A DNA stretch of 64,000 nucleotides from Candidatus Sericytochromatia bacterium (GCA_036676495.1 JAKFCT010000030.1:1-64000), one strand, 5' to 3'; positions 47,979-58,480 are shown, counted from the first letter of the stretch. Notes: generated by a model from the letters alone, not told the origin. Translations and numbers: made by a program.

Positions 47979-48145
47979 GCGCACACGCTCCTTAATCATC
48001 AGATCACTCTACGGGGAAAAACGCCAAGGAGTCCAGCCCCCCGTTTTAATGCCGCGCCATGCTTTCCTTCCATAGTCTACAATGAACGGTAATTCGTTTT
48101 TGCATCAATTCGCGTCGGTTTTGGAAGCGGTTGGGAGGAGCGAGG

Positions 48146-49243
48146 ATGAATGATGACGAGCGCCTTTACGCCCTGGCCTTGATGGGGGTCGCGGGGATCG
48201 GCTCGCGCCGGATCGCCCATCTCGTCGCGCGCTTCGGCTCGCGGGCCGCCGCGTGGCAAGCTCCGAAGCCCGACCTTCACCGCGTGCCGGCCCTGGGTCC
48301 CAAGGCGCTGGAGGCGCTCGAAAGCAGCCGACGCGGACCGGACGCCTTGGCGGCGGCCCGGCGCGAGCTCGACTCCTTCGAGGCGCGGGGGATCGCGATG
48401 CTGCTTCCGGAGGATCCGGCTTACCCGCCCTTGCTTCGCGAGATCCCGGATCCCCCGGCGGCCCTCTTCATGCGGGGCCAGCTCGGAGCCCATGGCCCGC
48501 GGGTGGCCCTGGTCGGAACGCGCGCGGCCAGCGCCTACGGGTTGCGCACGGCGCGGCGCCTGGCGGCGGAGCTCGCTGAGCGCGGAGTGACCGTGGTGAG
48601 CGGCCTGGCCATCGGGATCGACGCGGCCGCGCATGCCGGGGCCCTGGAGGCGGGTGTGACCCTGGCCGTGCTGGGCTCGGGAGTCGATCAGGTGCATCCG
48701 GCCTGCAACCGCCGGCTGGCCCGGCAGATCGTGGACGGCGGCGGGGGGCTCCTCAGTGAGTATCCCCCCGCGACCCCGCCGGCGCCGGGGCAGTTTCCCG
48801 CCCGAAACCGGATCGTCAGCGGCATGTGCCATGCCACGGTGGTCGTGGAGGCCCCCTTGCGCTCGGGAGCGCTGATCACCGCGGATCTCGCCCTGGAGCA
48901 GGGCCGGGAGGTGATGGCGGTGCCGGGGGGCATCGACCAGGTCCAGAGCGCCGGGGCGCTCGCGCTCCTGAGCCAGGGGGCCAAGCTGGTCACGGGAGTC
49001 GAGGACATCCTAGCGGAGATCCCGGCCGCCGCGCCGCGACCTCCCCGGCCCCGGATGCCGCGGGATCTCCCGCCCGAGGAAGCCCGGGTCCTGGAGGCCC
49101 TGGGGGAGACTCCCCGGCATGCGGATCAGGTCGTCTCCGCAACAGGCCTTCCGGCAGCGGTAGTCACCGGACTCCTCCTGGTGCTAGAATTGAAGGCCTT
49201 TGTCGTCCAGCTCCCCGGCAACACTTACATCCGTCACCCTTAA
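48146..49243 (+). CDS. dprA: DNA-processing protein DprA
   Basis: VALVGTRAASAYG, VSGLAIGIDAAAH, FPARNRIVSG, SGALITA. Confidence 0.96.
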   Translation: MNDDERLYALALMGVAGIGSRRIAHLVARFGSRAAAWQAPKPDLHRVPALGPKALEALESSRRGPDALAAARRELDSFEARGIAMLLPEDPAYPPLLREIPDPPAALFMRGQLGAHGPRVALVGTRAASAYGLRTARRLAAELAERGVTVVSGLAIGIDAAAHAGALEAGVTLAVLGSGVDQVHPACNRRLARQIVDGGGGLLSEYPPATPPAPGQFPARNRIVSGMCHATVVVEAPLRSGALITADLALEQGREVMAVPGGIDQVQSAGALALLSQGAKLVTGVEDILAEIPAAAPRPPRPRMPRDLPPEEARVLEALGETPRHADQVVSATGLPAAVVTGLLLVLELKAFVVQLPGNTYIRHP

Positions 49244-49303
49244 AGTGGCGCTGCGCCGCGGTTCGGGGAGCCCATACCGCGGGCCTAATCTCATGAGGTG
49301 CTT

Positions 49304-51481
49304 ATGGCAGCCAAATCGCTGGTCATCGTAGAAAGTCCCGCCAAGGCCAAGACGATCGCAAAGATCCTGGGGAAGGACTTCTTCGTCAAAGCCTCCGCGG
49401 GCCACGTCCGGGACCTTCCCAAGAAGGGCCTCGGCGTGGACGTCAAGCGCAACTTCCAGCCGCAGTACGAGGTCCTGGCCGAGAAGGCCAAGGTCGTCAA
49501 CGAGCTGCGCGAAGCCGCCTTGGAGGCCAAGGACATCTACCTCGCCCCTGACCCGGACCGGGAAGGGGAGGCGATCGCCTGGCACCTCGCCAACATCCTC
49601 GAGGACGTCTCCAAGCCCCTGCGCCGGATCGAGTTCAACGAGATCACCAAGGACGCGATCCTGCGGGCGATCCAGCATCCTCGCGACATCGACCAGCCGC
49701 GCGTGAACGCCCAGCAGGCCCGCCGCGTCCTCGATCGCCTCGTGGGCTACAAGATCTCGCCCCTGCTTTGGCAGAAGGTCCGCCGCGGCCTGTCGGCCGG
49801 CCGCGTCCAGTCGGTGGCCGTCCGCCTGATCTGCGACCGCGAGGACGAGATCCGCAAGTTCCAGCCCAAGGAATACTGGACCCTGACCGCCGAGCTGCTC
49901 AAGGGCGCGGCCAAGACCGCCTTCCCCGCCGAGCTGGCCCGCTGGAAGGCCAAGAAGCCCGACATCGGCTCGCAGGCCGAGTCCGACGCCATCGTCGCCG
50001 CCCTCTCGGGAGCGGAGTACGTCGTCTCCAAGGTCGCGACCAAGGAGCAGAAGCGCCAGCCCTCGGCCCCCTTCATCACCTCGACCCTGCAGCAAGAGGC
50101 CTCCCGCCGCTACGGCTTCACCGTCAAGCGCACCATGACCCTTGCCCAGCAGCTCTACGAGGGCATCGAGCTGGGTTCGGAAGGCCCGGTCGGTCTCATC
50201 ACCTACATGCGTACCGACTCGGTGCGCATCGCCGACGAGGCCTGGGAAGAGGCCAGCCAGTACATCGCGGAGCGCTACGGCAAGCAGTACCTGCCGCCCA
50301 GCCGCCGCCAGTACGCCTCCAAGAAGGGCGCGCAGGAGGCTCACGAAGCCATCCGCCCGACCTCGATCACCCGGACCCCGGAGTCGGTCAAGTCGCACCT
50401 GACGCCGGATCAGTTCAAGCTCTACCGCGTCATCTGGGAGCGCTTCGCCGCCAGCCAGATGGCCAACGCCACCCTGGCCGTGACCTCCGTGGACATCACC
50501 GCCGGCGACGGCATCTTCCGCGCCTCGGACACCAAGGTGGTCTTCGCCGGCTACCAGGCCGTCTACATGGAGACTCCCGAGGACGACGAGGAGGCCGAGA
50601 AGAAGCCCTCCAAGCTGCCGGACCTCAAGGAAGGCGACAAGCTCAAGCTGAAGGCGCTGAGTCCCAAGCAGCACTTCACCCAGCCGCCCCCGCGGTTCAC
50701 CGAAGCGACGCTGGTCCGGACCCTCGAAGAGAAGGGCATTGGACGCCCGTCGACCTACGCTCCGACCATCGCCACGGTCCAGGATCGCGGCTACGTCGAG
50801 AAGGACGGCCGCGCCCTCAAGCCCACCGAGCTCGGCATGCAGGTCAACGAACAGCTGGTCCAGCACTTCCCCGACATCGTCGACGTGAACTTCACCGCCG
50901 ACATGGAGGACAAGCTCGACTCCGTCGAAACCGGCGAGCGCGAGTGGCAGCTGATCATCTCGAACTTCTACGAGCCCTTCCAGCAGACCCTCAAGACGGC
51001 CGCCAAGGAAATGAAGCCCGTGGCCATCCCCTCCGGCGAGAACTGCGAGAACTGCGGCGCGGAGATGCTGATCAAGTCGGGCCGCTTCGGCGAGTTCATG
51101 GCCTGCTCCAAGTATCCCGAATGCAAGACCACCAAGCCCATCATCAAGAAGGTGGGAGTGGCCTGCAAGACTCCGGGCTGCACGGGCGACATCATCATCA
51201 AGCGCACCCGCACGGGCAAGACCTTCTACGGCTGCTCGAAGTACCCCGAGTGCACCTTCACCTCCTGGGATCAGCCCACCGATACCCACTGCGTGAAGTG
51301 CAGCACCTACATGGTGATCAAGCGCTCCAAGGCGGGACGGAGCTTCCTCCTCTGCACCAACGCGGACTGCAAGAACATCCAGAACCTCCCCAAGAAGGCC
51401 GCTTCGGCCGACGGCAAGGGCGGCTCGGAGGAGGGTTCCGAGTCCGAAGCGGCGAGCGCGGAATCCGGAAAGGAGTCCTAG
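49304..51481 (+). CDS. topA: DNA topoisomerase I with C-terminal zinc ribbons
   Basis: IVESPAKAK, DPDREGE, SAGRVQS, LITYMRTDS, GIGRPST; C4 zinc fingers. Confidence 0.98.
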   Translation: MAAKSLVIVESPAKAKTIAKILGKDFFVKASAGHVRDLPKKGLGVDVKRNFQPQYEVLAEKAKVVNELREAALEAKDIYLAPDPDREGEAIAWHLANILEDVSKPLRRIEFNEITKDAILRAIQHPRDIDQPRVNAQQARRVLDRLVGYKISPLLWQKVRRGLSAGRVQSVAVRLICDREDEIRKFQPKEYWTLTAELLKGAAKTAFPAELARWKAKKPDIGSQAESDAIVAALSGAEYVVSKVATKEQKRQPSAPFITSTLQQEASRRYGFTVKRTMTLAQQLYEGIELGSEGPVGLITYMRTDSVRIADEAWEEASQYIAERYGKQYLPPSRRQYASKKGAQEAHEAIRPTSITRTPESVKSHLTPDQFKLYRVIWERFAASQMANATLAVTSVDITAGDGIFRASDTKVVFAGYQAVYMETPEDDEEAEKKPSKLPDLKEGDKLKLKALSPKQHFTQPPPRFTEATLVRTLEEKGIGRPSTYAPTIATVQDRGYVEKDGRALKPTELGMQVNEQLVQHFPDIVDVNFTADMEDKLDSVETGEREWQLIISNFYEPFQQTLKTAAKEMKPVAIPSGENCENCGAEMLIKSGRFGEFMACSKYPECKTTKPIIKKVGVACKTPGCTGDIIIKRTRTGKTFYGCSKYPECTFTSWDQPTDTHCVKCSTYMVIKRSKAGRSFLLCTNADCKNIQNLPKKAASADGKGGSEEGSESEAASAESGKES

Positions 51482-51482
51482 C

Positions 51483-52799
51483 ATGCGCGCCAAGGTCATC
51501 GGCGGCGGGCTGGCCGGGTCGGAAGCGGCCTGGCAGCTCGCCCAGCGGGGCATCGACGTGGACCTCTACGAGATGCGCCCTCAGGTCTCCACCAAGGCGC
51601 ATCATACCGATCGCCTGGCGGAGCTGGTCTGCTCGAACTCCCTGGGCTCCTTCGGCATGGGCAACGCCTCGGGCCTCATCAAGGCGGAGATGCGCAAGCT
51701 GGGCTCCTTGATCCTCCAGGCGGCCGATCATGCCCAGGTGCCGGCAGGCGGGGCGCTGGCGGTCGACCGCGATCGCTTCGCGGCCTTCGTCACCGAGAAG
51801 ATCGGCCAGCACCCCCGGATCACGCTGCACCGCGAGGAGCACCATGCCCTCGACGAGGCGGAGCCCACCATCATCGCCACGGGCCCCCTGACCTCGGAGG
51901 CCCTCTCCGAGGAGTTGCGCCGGCGCACCGGGGCCGAACACCTTCACTTCTACGACGCCGCCGCCCCCATCGTGACGCTCGAAAGCCTGGACATGGACAA
52001 GATCTTCCGCCAGGCCCGCTACGACAAGGGCGAGGGAGTGTACCTCAACTGCCCCTTCACCAAGGAGGAGTACGAGGCCTTCTGGACGGCCCTGACCCAG
52101 GCCGAAGGCGCCGTCCTGCACCTGGGCGCCGAGGAGAAGAACTTCTTCGAGGGCTGCTTGCCCGCCGAAGTGATCGCGCGCCGCGGGATCGACACCCTGC
52201 GCTACGGTCCCATGAAGCCGGTCGGCCTCACCGATCCCCGCACGGGACGGCGGCCCTACGCCGTGCTTCAGCTCCGGCAGGACAACGTCGCCGGCGACCT
52301 CTACAACATGGTCGGCTTCCAGACCCAGCTCAAATGGGGCGAGCAGAAGCGCGTCTTCCAGATGATCCCCGGCATGGAGCATGCCGAGTTCGTCCGGCTG
52401 GGCGTCATGCACCGCAATACCTACCTGGCGTCCCCGGCCTTCCTCAACGCCTCGTTGCAGTGGCGCGAGCATCCCAACTGGTTCCTGGCCGGACAGCTCA
52501 TCGGGGTGGAAGGCTACACCGAGTCCACGGCCGCCGGCCTCATCGCCGGCATCAACCTGGCCCGGGTCATGCGCGGCGAGGCTCCTTTGGTCCTGCCGCG
52601 GACGACCATGCTCGGTTCGCTGCTCCACTACGTCTCGCACGCCGAAGCCAAGACCTTCCAGCCGATGAACTCCAACTGGGGCATCCTCGAGCCCTGGCCG
52701 GAGAAGATCCGGGACAAGGTCCAGCGGCACCAGCTACAGGCCGAGCGCGCGCTCGCCGACCTGGAAGCGACCATGGCCAGCGAGCTCGCCCCCGTCTAG
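51483..52799 (+). CDS. trmFO: tRNA (uracil-54)-methyltransferase TrmFO
   Basis: GGGLAGSEAA, ELVCSNS, PAGGALAVDR, GPMKPVGL, GVEGYTES. Confidence 0.97.
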   Translation: MRAKVIGGGLAGSEAAWQLAQRGIDVDLYEMRPQVSTKAHHTDRLAELVCSNSLGSFGMGNASGLIKAEMRKLGSLILQAADHAQVPAGGALAVDRDRFAAFVTEKIGQHPRITLHREEHHALDEAEPTIIATGPLTSEALSEELRRRTGAEHLHFYDAAAPIVTLESLDMDKIFRQARYDKGEGVYLNCPFTKEEYEAFWTALTQAEGAVLHLGAEEKNFFEGCLPAEVIARRGIDTLRYGPMKPVGLTDPRTGRRPYAVLQLRQDNVAGDLYNMVGFQTQLKWGEQKRVFQMIPGMEHAEFVRLGVMHRNTYLASPAFLNASLQWREHPNWFLAGQLIGVEGYTESTAAGLIAGINLARVMRGEAPLVLPRTTMLGSLLHYVSHAEAKTFQPMNSNWGILEPWPEKIRDKVQRHQLQAERALADLEATMASELAPV

Positions 52800-52821
52800 C
52801 GCCCCGCGACGGCGCGGGCCA

Positions 52822-53301
52822 TCACCTGAGGAGCGGCCGGGATGACCGGACCGCTCCTTTCTCATGCACGCGCCTCCCGCGCGCGACCGTGACCGGCTGG
52901 AGCGTGCACGAGCAGTCCTTCTGACGGCCATGCTCCCGGTGAATCGGAGGCACGTGGCGAACCAGGTAGGAGACATCCAGCAGGCCGACCTGCTGGCCGT
53001 CCAGCCGGTGGCAGACCTCGCAGCAATGCCGCGCCACGAAGCGCACCCCGACCACGGGGCCCTTCAACTCGTACCACCCCACCACCATGTCCCGCAGGGT
53101 CTGAAGCTGGGGGGAAATCTCCGGTTCGCGGAAGATGCGTCGGTTCATCTCCGCGATGAAGCGGCGCTTGGCAGCTAAGAGCAGCCCCGAAGGCGGCGGA
53201 TCCTCGGGAATCGCTTTCGGCCCCCGCCTCTGCGCGCTCAAGACGGTGGCCCCCAAAAGGCTCAGAAGCGCCATGCCCACGACGATCACCAGCGTCCCCA
53301 T
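52822..53301 (-). CDS. Membrane-anchored protein with a phage Mu-F-like Cys/His motif
   Basis: AGGAGGAGG RBS; N-terminal TM helix; CCEVCHRLDG...PPIH...CSC. Confidence 0.7.
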   Translation of the reverse strand: MGTLVIVVGMALLSLLGATVLSAQRRGPKAIPEDPPPSGLLLAAKRRFIAEMNRRIFREPEISPQLQTLRDMVVGWYELKGPVVGVRFVARHCCEVCHRLDGQQVGLLDVSYLVRHVPPIHREHGRQKDCSCTLQPVTVARGRRVHEKGAVRSSRPLLR

Positions 53302-53568
53302 GCGGCCTCCTCCTTTCACGTCACCCGTCTCTCATGACTTATATACACAAAAGTATATTAATATCACATCTGGAACCAGAACCGCTCGCTGTGCGGCTTT
53401 ACCGCCATGGCGATCGGTAAACTTTTGTCGGCCATGTGGTTTCAGGGGGCGAGGGGATGGTATTCTGGCTAGAGATGAAGCCTCCGAGCGAGGCCTGGTT
53501 CACCCTGCCGGATCCGAGCCCATTTCAGCGCCACTCCGGCGCTGGATCATCAACCGAGGAAGCACGTT

Positions 53569-54204
53569 TTGAGAGCGGGATTCTACACGACGTCCGCCCC
53601 GCAGGGCTGGATCGAAGTCATCTGCGGGTCGATGTACTGCGGCAAGACCGAGGAGCTGATCCGTCGGATCAAGCGGGCTGAGATCGCCCGCCAGAACGTT
53701 CAGGTCTTCAAGCCCATCATCGACGTCCGCTATTCCCCCGAGGATGTCAGCAGCCACTCGGGCACCCGCTACCGGGCGGTCCGCGCCAACGGCTCGGAGG
53801 AAGTCTGGCGCCTCACGGACGAGAGCACCGAGGTGGTCGCCATCGACGAAGTCCAGTTCTTCGACGACGGCGTGGTCGAGGTGATCCAGGCTCTCGCCAA
53901 TGCGGGAAAGCGGGTCATCTGCTCGGGGCTCGACATGGACTTCCGGGGAGAACCGTTCGGCATCATGCCGCGCCTCTTGGCCCTGGCCGAGCAGGTCGAG
54001 AAGCTCACCGCCATCTGCGTCCAGTGCAACGCCCCGGCCACCCGATCCCAGCGTCTCATCAACGGAGAGCCGGCCGAATGGGACGACCCGGTGATCCTGG
54101 TGGGCGCCCATGACAAGTACGAGCCCCGCTGCCGCCGCTGCCACGTCGTGCCCGTCCGCCCCGGCGTGACCCAGCTCGCCTTTCCCAGCGTGGAACGTGC
54201 CTAG
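53569..54204 (+). CDS. tdk: Thymidine kinase
   Basis: [36 protein letters not shown]...CRRC. Confidence 0.97.
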   Translation: MRAGFYTTSAPQGWIEVICGSMYCGKTEELIRRIKRAEIARQNVQVFKPIIDVRYSPEDVSSHSGTRYRAVRANGSEEVWRLTDESTEVVAIDEVQFFDDGVVEVIQALANAGKRVICSGLDMDFRGEPFGIMPRLLALAEQVEKLTAICVQCNAPATRSQRLINGEPAEWDDPVILVGAHDKYEPRCRRCHVVPVRPGVTQLAFPSVERA

Positions 54205-55074
54205 ATGCATCCCAAGGAGGCCTTCAGCCTTTACTTGGAAATCGAGCGCAACCTATCCCCCCACTCGATTCGCGCCTACCGGCAGGATCTCGACATGTTC
54301 CACGCCTTCCTCGCGGATCAGCCGCTAGAGAAGGTCGATTACCGGACGCTGAGGCGCTTTCTGGGGCATCTCAAGCAGGAAGGCTACGAGCGCTCGACCA
54401 TCGCCCGGAGGATGGCCACCTTGCGTACGTACTTCCGGTTCCTCGTCCGGGAACGCATGATTCCCGGCAACCCCACCCTCGGCTTGCAAAGTCCCAAGCT
54501 GACCCGTAAGCTTCCGAGCTTCCTCGACTGGGAAGAGCTCCAGCGCCTGCTGGACTCTCCCGACGAGAGCCCCCTGGGACTGCGCGACCGCGCTTTGCTC
54601 GAGCTGCTGTACGCCACCGGCATGCGCGTCAGCGAGATCGCCGACCTTTCCCTCCGCCAGCTCAACTGGGAGGAAGCGGAAATCCGGGTCGTCGGGAAAG
54701 GCAGCAAAGAGCGCATGGTCCTGATGAGCGACTCCGCCATGGGCCACTTACGGCGTTACCTCGACGCGGCACGCCCCCATTTTCAGCCCGTGAATACGGA
54801 CAAGCTCTTCCTCAACCGTTCAGGAAAGCCCCTGAGCTCCCGATCCATCGACCGCATGCTCAAGATGCGCGCGCGCAAGGCCGGCATCAGCAAGCCGATT
54901 TCCCCCCATACGCTCCGGCATACCTTCGCCACGCATCTGCTGGAGGGCGGCGCAGACCTACGCGTGGTGCAGGAATTGCTGGGCCATGCCAGCCTTTCGA
55001 CCACCCAAATCTACACCCACGTCAGCCAGGATCGGCTAAGACAGGTCTACCAGCAGGCTCACCCCCGACCCTGA
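54205..55074 (+). CDS. xerC: Tyrosine recombinase, XerC-like
   Basis: RDRALLELLYATGMRVSE, GKGSKER, HTLRHTFATH, LLGHASLSTTQIY; topA-trmFO synteny. Confidence 0.9.
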   Translation: MHPKEAFSLYLEIERNLSPHSIRAYRQDLDMFHAFLADQPLEKVDYRTLRRFLGHLKQEGYERSTIARRMATLRTYFRFLVRERMIPGNPTLGLQSPKLTRKLPSFLDWEELQRLLDSPDESPLGLRDRALLELLYATGMRVSEIADLSLRQLNWEEAEIRVVGKGSKERMVLMSDSAMGHLRRYLDAARPHFQPVNTDKLFLNRSGKPLSSRSIDRMLKMRARKAGISKPISPHTLRHTFATHLLEGGADLRVVQELLGHASLSTTQIYTHVSQDRLRQVYQQAHPRP

Positions 55075-55156
55075 CGTTGCGATGCGCTTGATCGCTATGC
55101 TATCCTGATGTTCTCACCTCCGGGGTGGCATCTCCAGGTAGAATTGAGGGTTGTGC

Positions 55157-56260
55157 GTGGCCAGCAGCGACAAAGCAAGAACGGTTAAGCCCGCCCCCCC
55201 TCCCCCAGACCCTGCCATGGACGCCCTGCTGGCGGACTGGCTCCAAGCGACCGGCGCCCCGGAAGCCCTGGCCGACGAGGTCCGGCACGTGTTGCGCGCC
55301 ATGGCCGCGCCGCATCCTCCGCTTCCCGAACTCGCCTCGTCCTGGGTGAACGCCTTTCACGACGAAGGCTTGAGCCTGAGCCATGCGCTGAGCGTCTTCA
55401 TCGAGGCGCAGTTTCGGCTCCAATCCCCGGAGCCGGGCCTGATCGCGACCTTCCAGTTGCAAGTGGCCGAAGCCTTCGAGCAACGCTGGAAGGAGACCCA
55501 GCAGCGCCACCTGGACGAACTCAAGATGACCAACCGCAAGCTGCTGGAGGTCGACAAGAACCGGGCCGAGTTCATCTCGTCGCTTTCCCATGAGCTGCGC
55601 ACCCCGCTCACGGCCATTTCCGGCGCCTGCGAGCTGCTGCTCGAGGACTTCGCCTCCGAGCTGAGCGGCCCCCAGGAAGAATACATCTCCATGATCTCGC
55701 AGGGCGCCCTCTTGATCCGCAAGCTGATCAACGACGTGCTCGACCTGGCCAAGCTGGAAGCCAAGCGCCTCGAGCTGCATCCCGAGCCCTTGAGCGTCCC
55801 TCTCTTGATGCGCGATACCGAGATGCTGGTCGCTCCCCTGCTCAACGAGAAGGGCCTGAACTGGGAAATCGACGTGCCCGAGTCCCTGCCCCTGATCCAG
55901 GCGGACGCGGTACGGATCCGGCAAGTGCTCTTGAACCTGGTTTCCAATGCCATCAAGTTCACGCCGCAAGGCGGCTCGGTGAGCGTCACGGCGTGGTTGG
56001 AAAAGTCGACGGGACGCAAGGCGCCCCAGGTGGCCATCAGCGTCAAGGACACCGGCTGCGGCATCTCCGCGGAGAACCAGAAGCTGGTCTTCGAGCGCTT
56101 TCGGCAGGTCCGGGACCGCGAAGCCCGAGGCACCGGGCTGGGTCTCCCGATCGCCAAGCGCCTCGTTGAGCTTCACGGCGGCCGGATCGCCCTCACCAGC
56201 GCCGTCGATCAAGGCTCGACGTTCACTTTCACCGTCCCGCTCGCCCAAGACCCATGCTAG
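55157..56260 (+). CDS. Soluble sensor histidine kinase
   Basis: SHELRTPL, NLVSNAIKFT, DTGCGI, GTGLGL; start uncertain (55151, 55157 or 55217). Confidence 0.92.
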   Translation: MASSDKARTVKPAPPPPDPAMDALLADWLQATGAPEALADEVRHVLRAMAAPHPPLPELASSWVNAFHDEGLSLSHALSVFIEAQFRLQSPEPGLIATFQLQVAEAFEQRWKETQQRHLDELKMTNRKLLEVDKNRAEFISSLSHELRTPLTAISGACELLLEDFASELSGPQEEYISMISQGALLIRKLINDVLDLAKLEAKRLELHPEPLSVPLLMRDTEMLVAPLLNEKGLNWEIDVPESLPLIQADAVRIRQVLLNLVSNAIKFTPQGGSVSVTAWLEKSTGRKAPQVAISVKDTGCGISAENQKLVFERFRQVRDREARGTGLGLPIAKRLVELHGGRIALTSAVDQGSTFTFTVPLAQDPC

Positions 56261-56319
56261 GTTAGTGGCGGGACGGGTATGAAGAACCTAGCGGCTCCCC
56301 GATCCTAGGGTTAATTGAC

Positions 56320-57921
56320 ATGGCGGACGCGACACAAACCGAAGCGAACCTGACCCAACTGGCCCTTCTGATGCAACAGATCGAGGAGGTTCGCCAGCAA
56401 ACGCTGATGGTCGACGACCTGGCGCAGGGGATCCTGGAGATCCTGGCGACGCAGTACGGGTTCGCCCAGGGGCTGCTCCTCTTGGAGACCGAGCTTTACG
56501 TGGCGGCCATGGTGCCTGCCGGCGAGCTCGAGATCGTGCCGGAAATCGTCCTGGAAGCCATGGCCGAGCATGAGCCGCGCGAGGGCGACTGGGACGGCCG
56601 CATGGCCTATTGCGCCCCCTTCTTCCAGGAAGCCCGATTCGACGGAGCCATCGTGCTCGCCTCCGATGAACCGCTCATGCCCGCGATGCGGCAGGTCTTG
56701 GCGGCCTTGATGCCGTTCGTGGCCCTGACGCTCGAGCAGCGCAAGAGTCAGTCCCGGCTCGTCGAGCAGGAAAAGAAGCTGACCGAGCTCGGAGCCCTCT
56801 ACGAGGATGCCCGCCAGCGCGCGGTCACCGACGGTCTCACGGGGCTCTACAACCACACCCACTTCAAGGAGCTGCTGGCCCTGGAATTCGCCCGCTGCAA
56901 ACGCTACGGCGCACCGCTGACCATGCTCCTGGTCGATATCGACCACTTCAAGAAGATCAACGACACCTACGGGCACTTGACCGGCGACGTGGTCCTGCGC
57001 CGGGTCGCTCATGCCCTGCGCGGTCAGGTGCGCGACTGCGATCTGGTCGCGCGCTACGGCGGTGAAGAGATGTCCATCCTGCTCCCCAGCACCGACCTCA
57101 AGGGAGCGCTGATCGTCGCCGAGCGCATCCGCCGCTTCGTACGCGACATGGTCTTCATGACCGAAGAGCGGGTCCAGGTTCCGCCCATCACCGTCTCCAT
57201 CGGAGTGGCGCAGCAGCGCAAGTCGGATACCCCGACCGAGCTCATCAACCGCGCCGACCAGGCCCTCTACGAGGCGAAGTCCAGCGGGCGCAACCAGGTC
57301 TGCGCGGAATGCGGAGAACTCGCCGTGCCTGCCGCCGAGAGCAAGGTCCATCACCAGGCCTTCCTCACGACGATCGCCGAGATTGCCACCGAGGTCGCCC
57401 TCACGGATCAGAGTCGCTCCACCTACGCCGAGGAGCTGGCCGAGATCGCCAACCAGCTGGGCGTCTCCGTCGGCCTCTCCGCGATCCAGCGTCGCGACAT
57501 GGTTCTGGCCGCCTCATTGCTTCACATCGGCAAGATTGCCCTGCCGGCCGATGCGCTCACCAAGCGCGAGGACCTCGACGACAAGGAATTGGCCCTGGTG
57601 AAGGGCCATCCTCAGCTCTCGAAGCAGATCGTCGAGCAGATTGCCGGGATGGGCACCGTCGCCGAGGCCATTCTCTACCATCATGAACACTGGGACGGCT
57701 CGGGGTTCCCCTACGGGATCAAGGGGCCGGCCATTCCGCTCGTATCCCGCGTGCTGGCCGTCATCGACGCCTTCCTGACACTATCGAACGCCCTGCCTTC
57801 GGACCTCAGCGCCGCCCGAGACGAGGTCCGGCGAGGCGCAGGGACCCTCTTCGATCCGGAGGTCGTCGGCCACTTCATCAGGCTGCTGGACGCCCAGATC
57901 GTGGAGCGCTCCGTCAGCTGA
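56320..57921 (+). CDS. Diguanylate cyclase fused to a degenerate HD-GYP domain
   Basis: TDGLTGLYN, RDCD I-site, ARYGGEEM; LLHIGK, HHEHWDGSGFP. Confidence 0.9.
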   Translation: MADATQTEANLTQLALLMQQIEEVRQQTLMVDDLAQGILEILATQYGFAQGLLLLETELYVAAMVPAGELEIVPEIVLEAMAEHEPREGDWDGRMAYCAPFFQEARFDGAIVLASDEPLMPAMRQVLAALMPFVALTLEQRKSQSRLVEQEKKLTELGALYEDARQRAVTDGLTGLYNHTHFKELLALEFARCKRYGAPLTMLLVDIDHFKKINDTYGHLTGDVVLRRVAHALRGQVRDCDLVARYGGEEMSILLPSTDLKGALIVAERIRRFVRDMVFMTEERVQVPPITVSIGVAQQRKSDTPTELINRADQALYEAKSSGRNQVCAECGELAVPAAESKVHHQAFLTTIAEIATEVALTDQSRSTYAEELAEIANQLGVSVGLSAIQRRDMVLAASLLHIGKIALPADALTKREDLDDKELALVKGHPQLSKQIVEQIAGMGTVAEAILYHHEHWDGSGFPYGIKGPAIPLVSRVLAVIDAFLTLSNALPSDLSAARDEVRRGAGTLFDPEVVGHFIRLLDAQIVERSVS

Positions 57922-58480
57922 CCTTTCCGTCCTGCTTGTCGCGTAGGTAGTCCAGGAAGCCGAAGACCTTCGAGCGGACGAAGTTGTCTCCCCAGGAGAA
58001 CCCGACGAACCCCGCCACGGCTCCCGCCAGCGTCAGCGGCCAGCCTGCGAGGCCCAGCGCTCCGAGGGCCGCTGCGGTCACGCCGCTGAGCAAGGCCGCT
58101 CCGGCTCCCCCCGCCATGCCCCCGGCCGTATCGACGGCAACCATCTTGGCGGCGCGCCCCATGGTCTCCTCGCCCTTGGCCACCTTTAAACCGTGCGTCA
58201 CGGCCGACATGGCCGCCGAGACCAGCCCCGAGATGCCCGAGGCCTTGCCCAGGACCGCCCCGAAACTCTTGATGCCGGTTCCCAGGGCCGCGCGGGCCAC
58301 GTGGGTATGCGCCGACGCCTGGTAGACGTGGTTCCCCAGCTTGCCCGCAAGGTGGAGCGTGTCGCCCACGACGCCTTGCGCCTGCAGATCCTTCGCGGCG
58401 GGCTTCAGCTCGGCCACGTAGCTCGGCATGGCATAGCGGGCAAGCGTATTCAGGGCGGGGGGACGGATCGCATCGGCCAT
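57914..58480 (-). CDS. Hypothetical Gly/Ala-rich membrane-associating protein
   Basis: AAGGAG RBS; AGGMAGGAGAA and GAVAGFVG glycine-zipper-like helices. Confidence 0.75.
   Translation of the reverse strand: MADAIRPPALNTLARYAMPSYVAELKPAAKDLQAQGVVGDTLHLAGKLGNHVYQASAHTHVARAALGTGIKSFGAVLGKASGISGLVSAAMSAVTHGLKVAKGEETMGRAAKMVAVDTAGGMAGGAGAALLSGVTAAALGALGLAGWPLTLAGAVAGFVGFSWGDNFVRSKVFGFLDYLRDKQDGKVS

Noticed and set aside
53336-53370. AT-rich segment near xerC as a dif site or NrdR box
   Set aside because: Lacks the TTATGTTAAA-like XerD arm and the NrdR palindrome; kept only as a possible operator
54205-55074. Tyrosine recombinase as a prophage or island integrase
   Set aside because: XerC/D size and motifs, housekeeping synteny, no att or tRNA site, no phage genes
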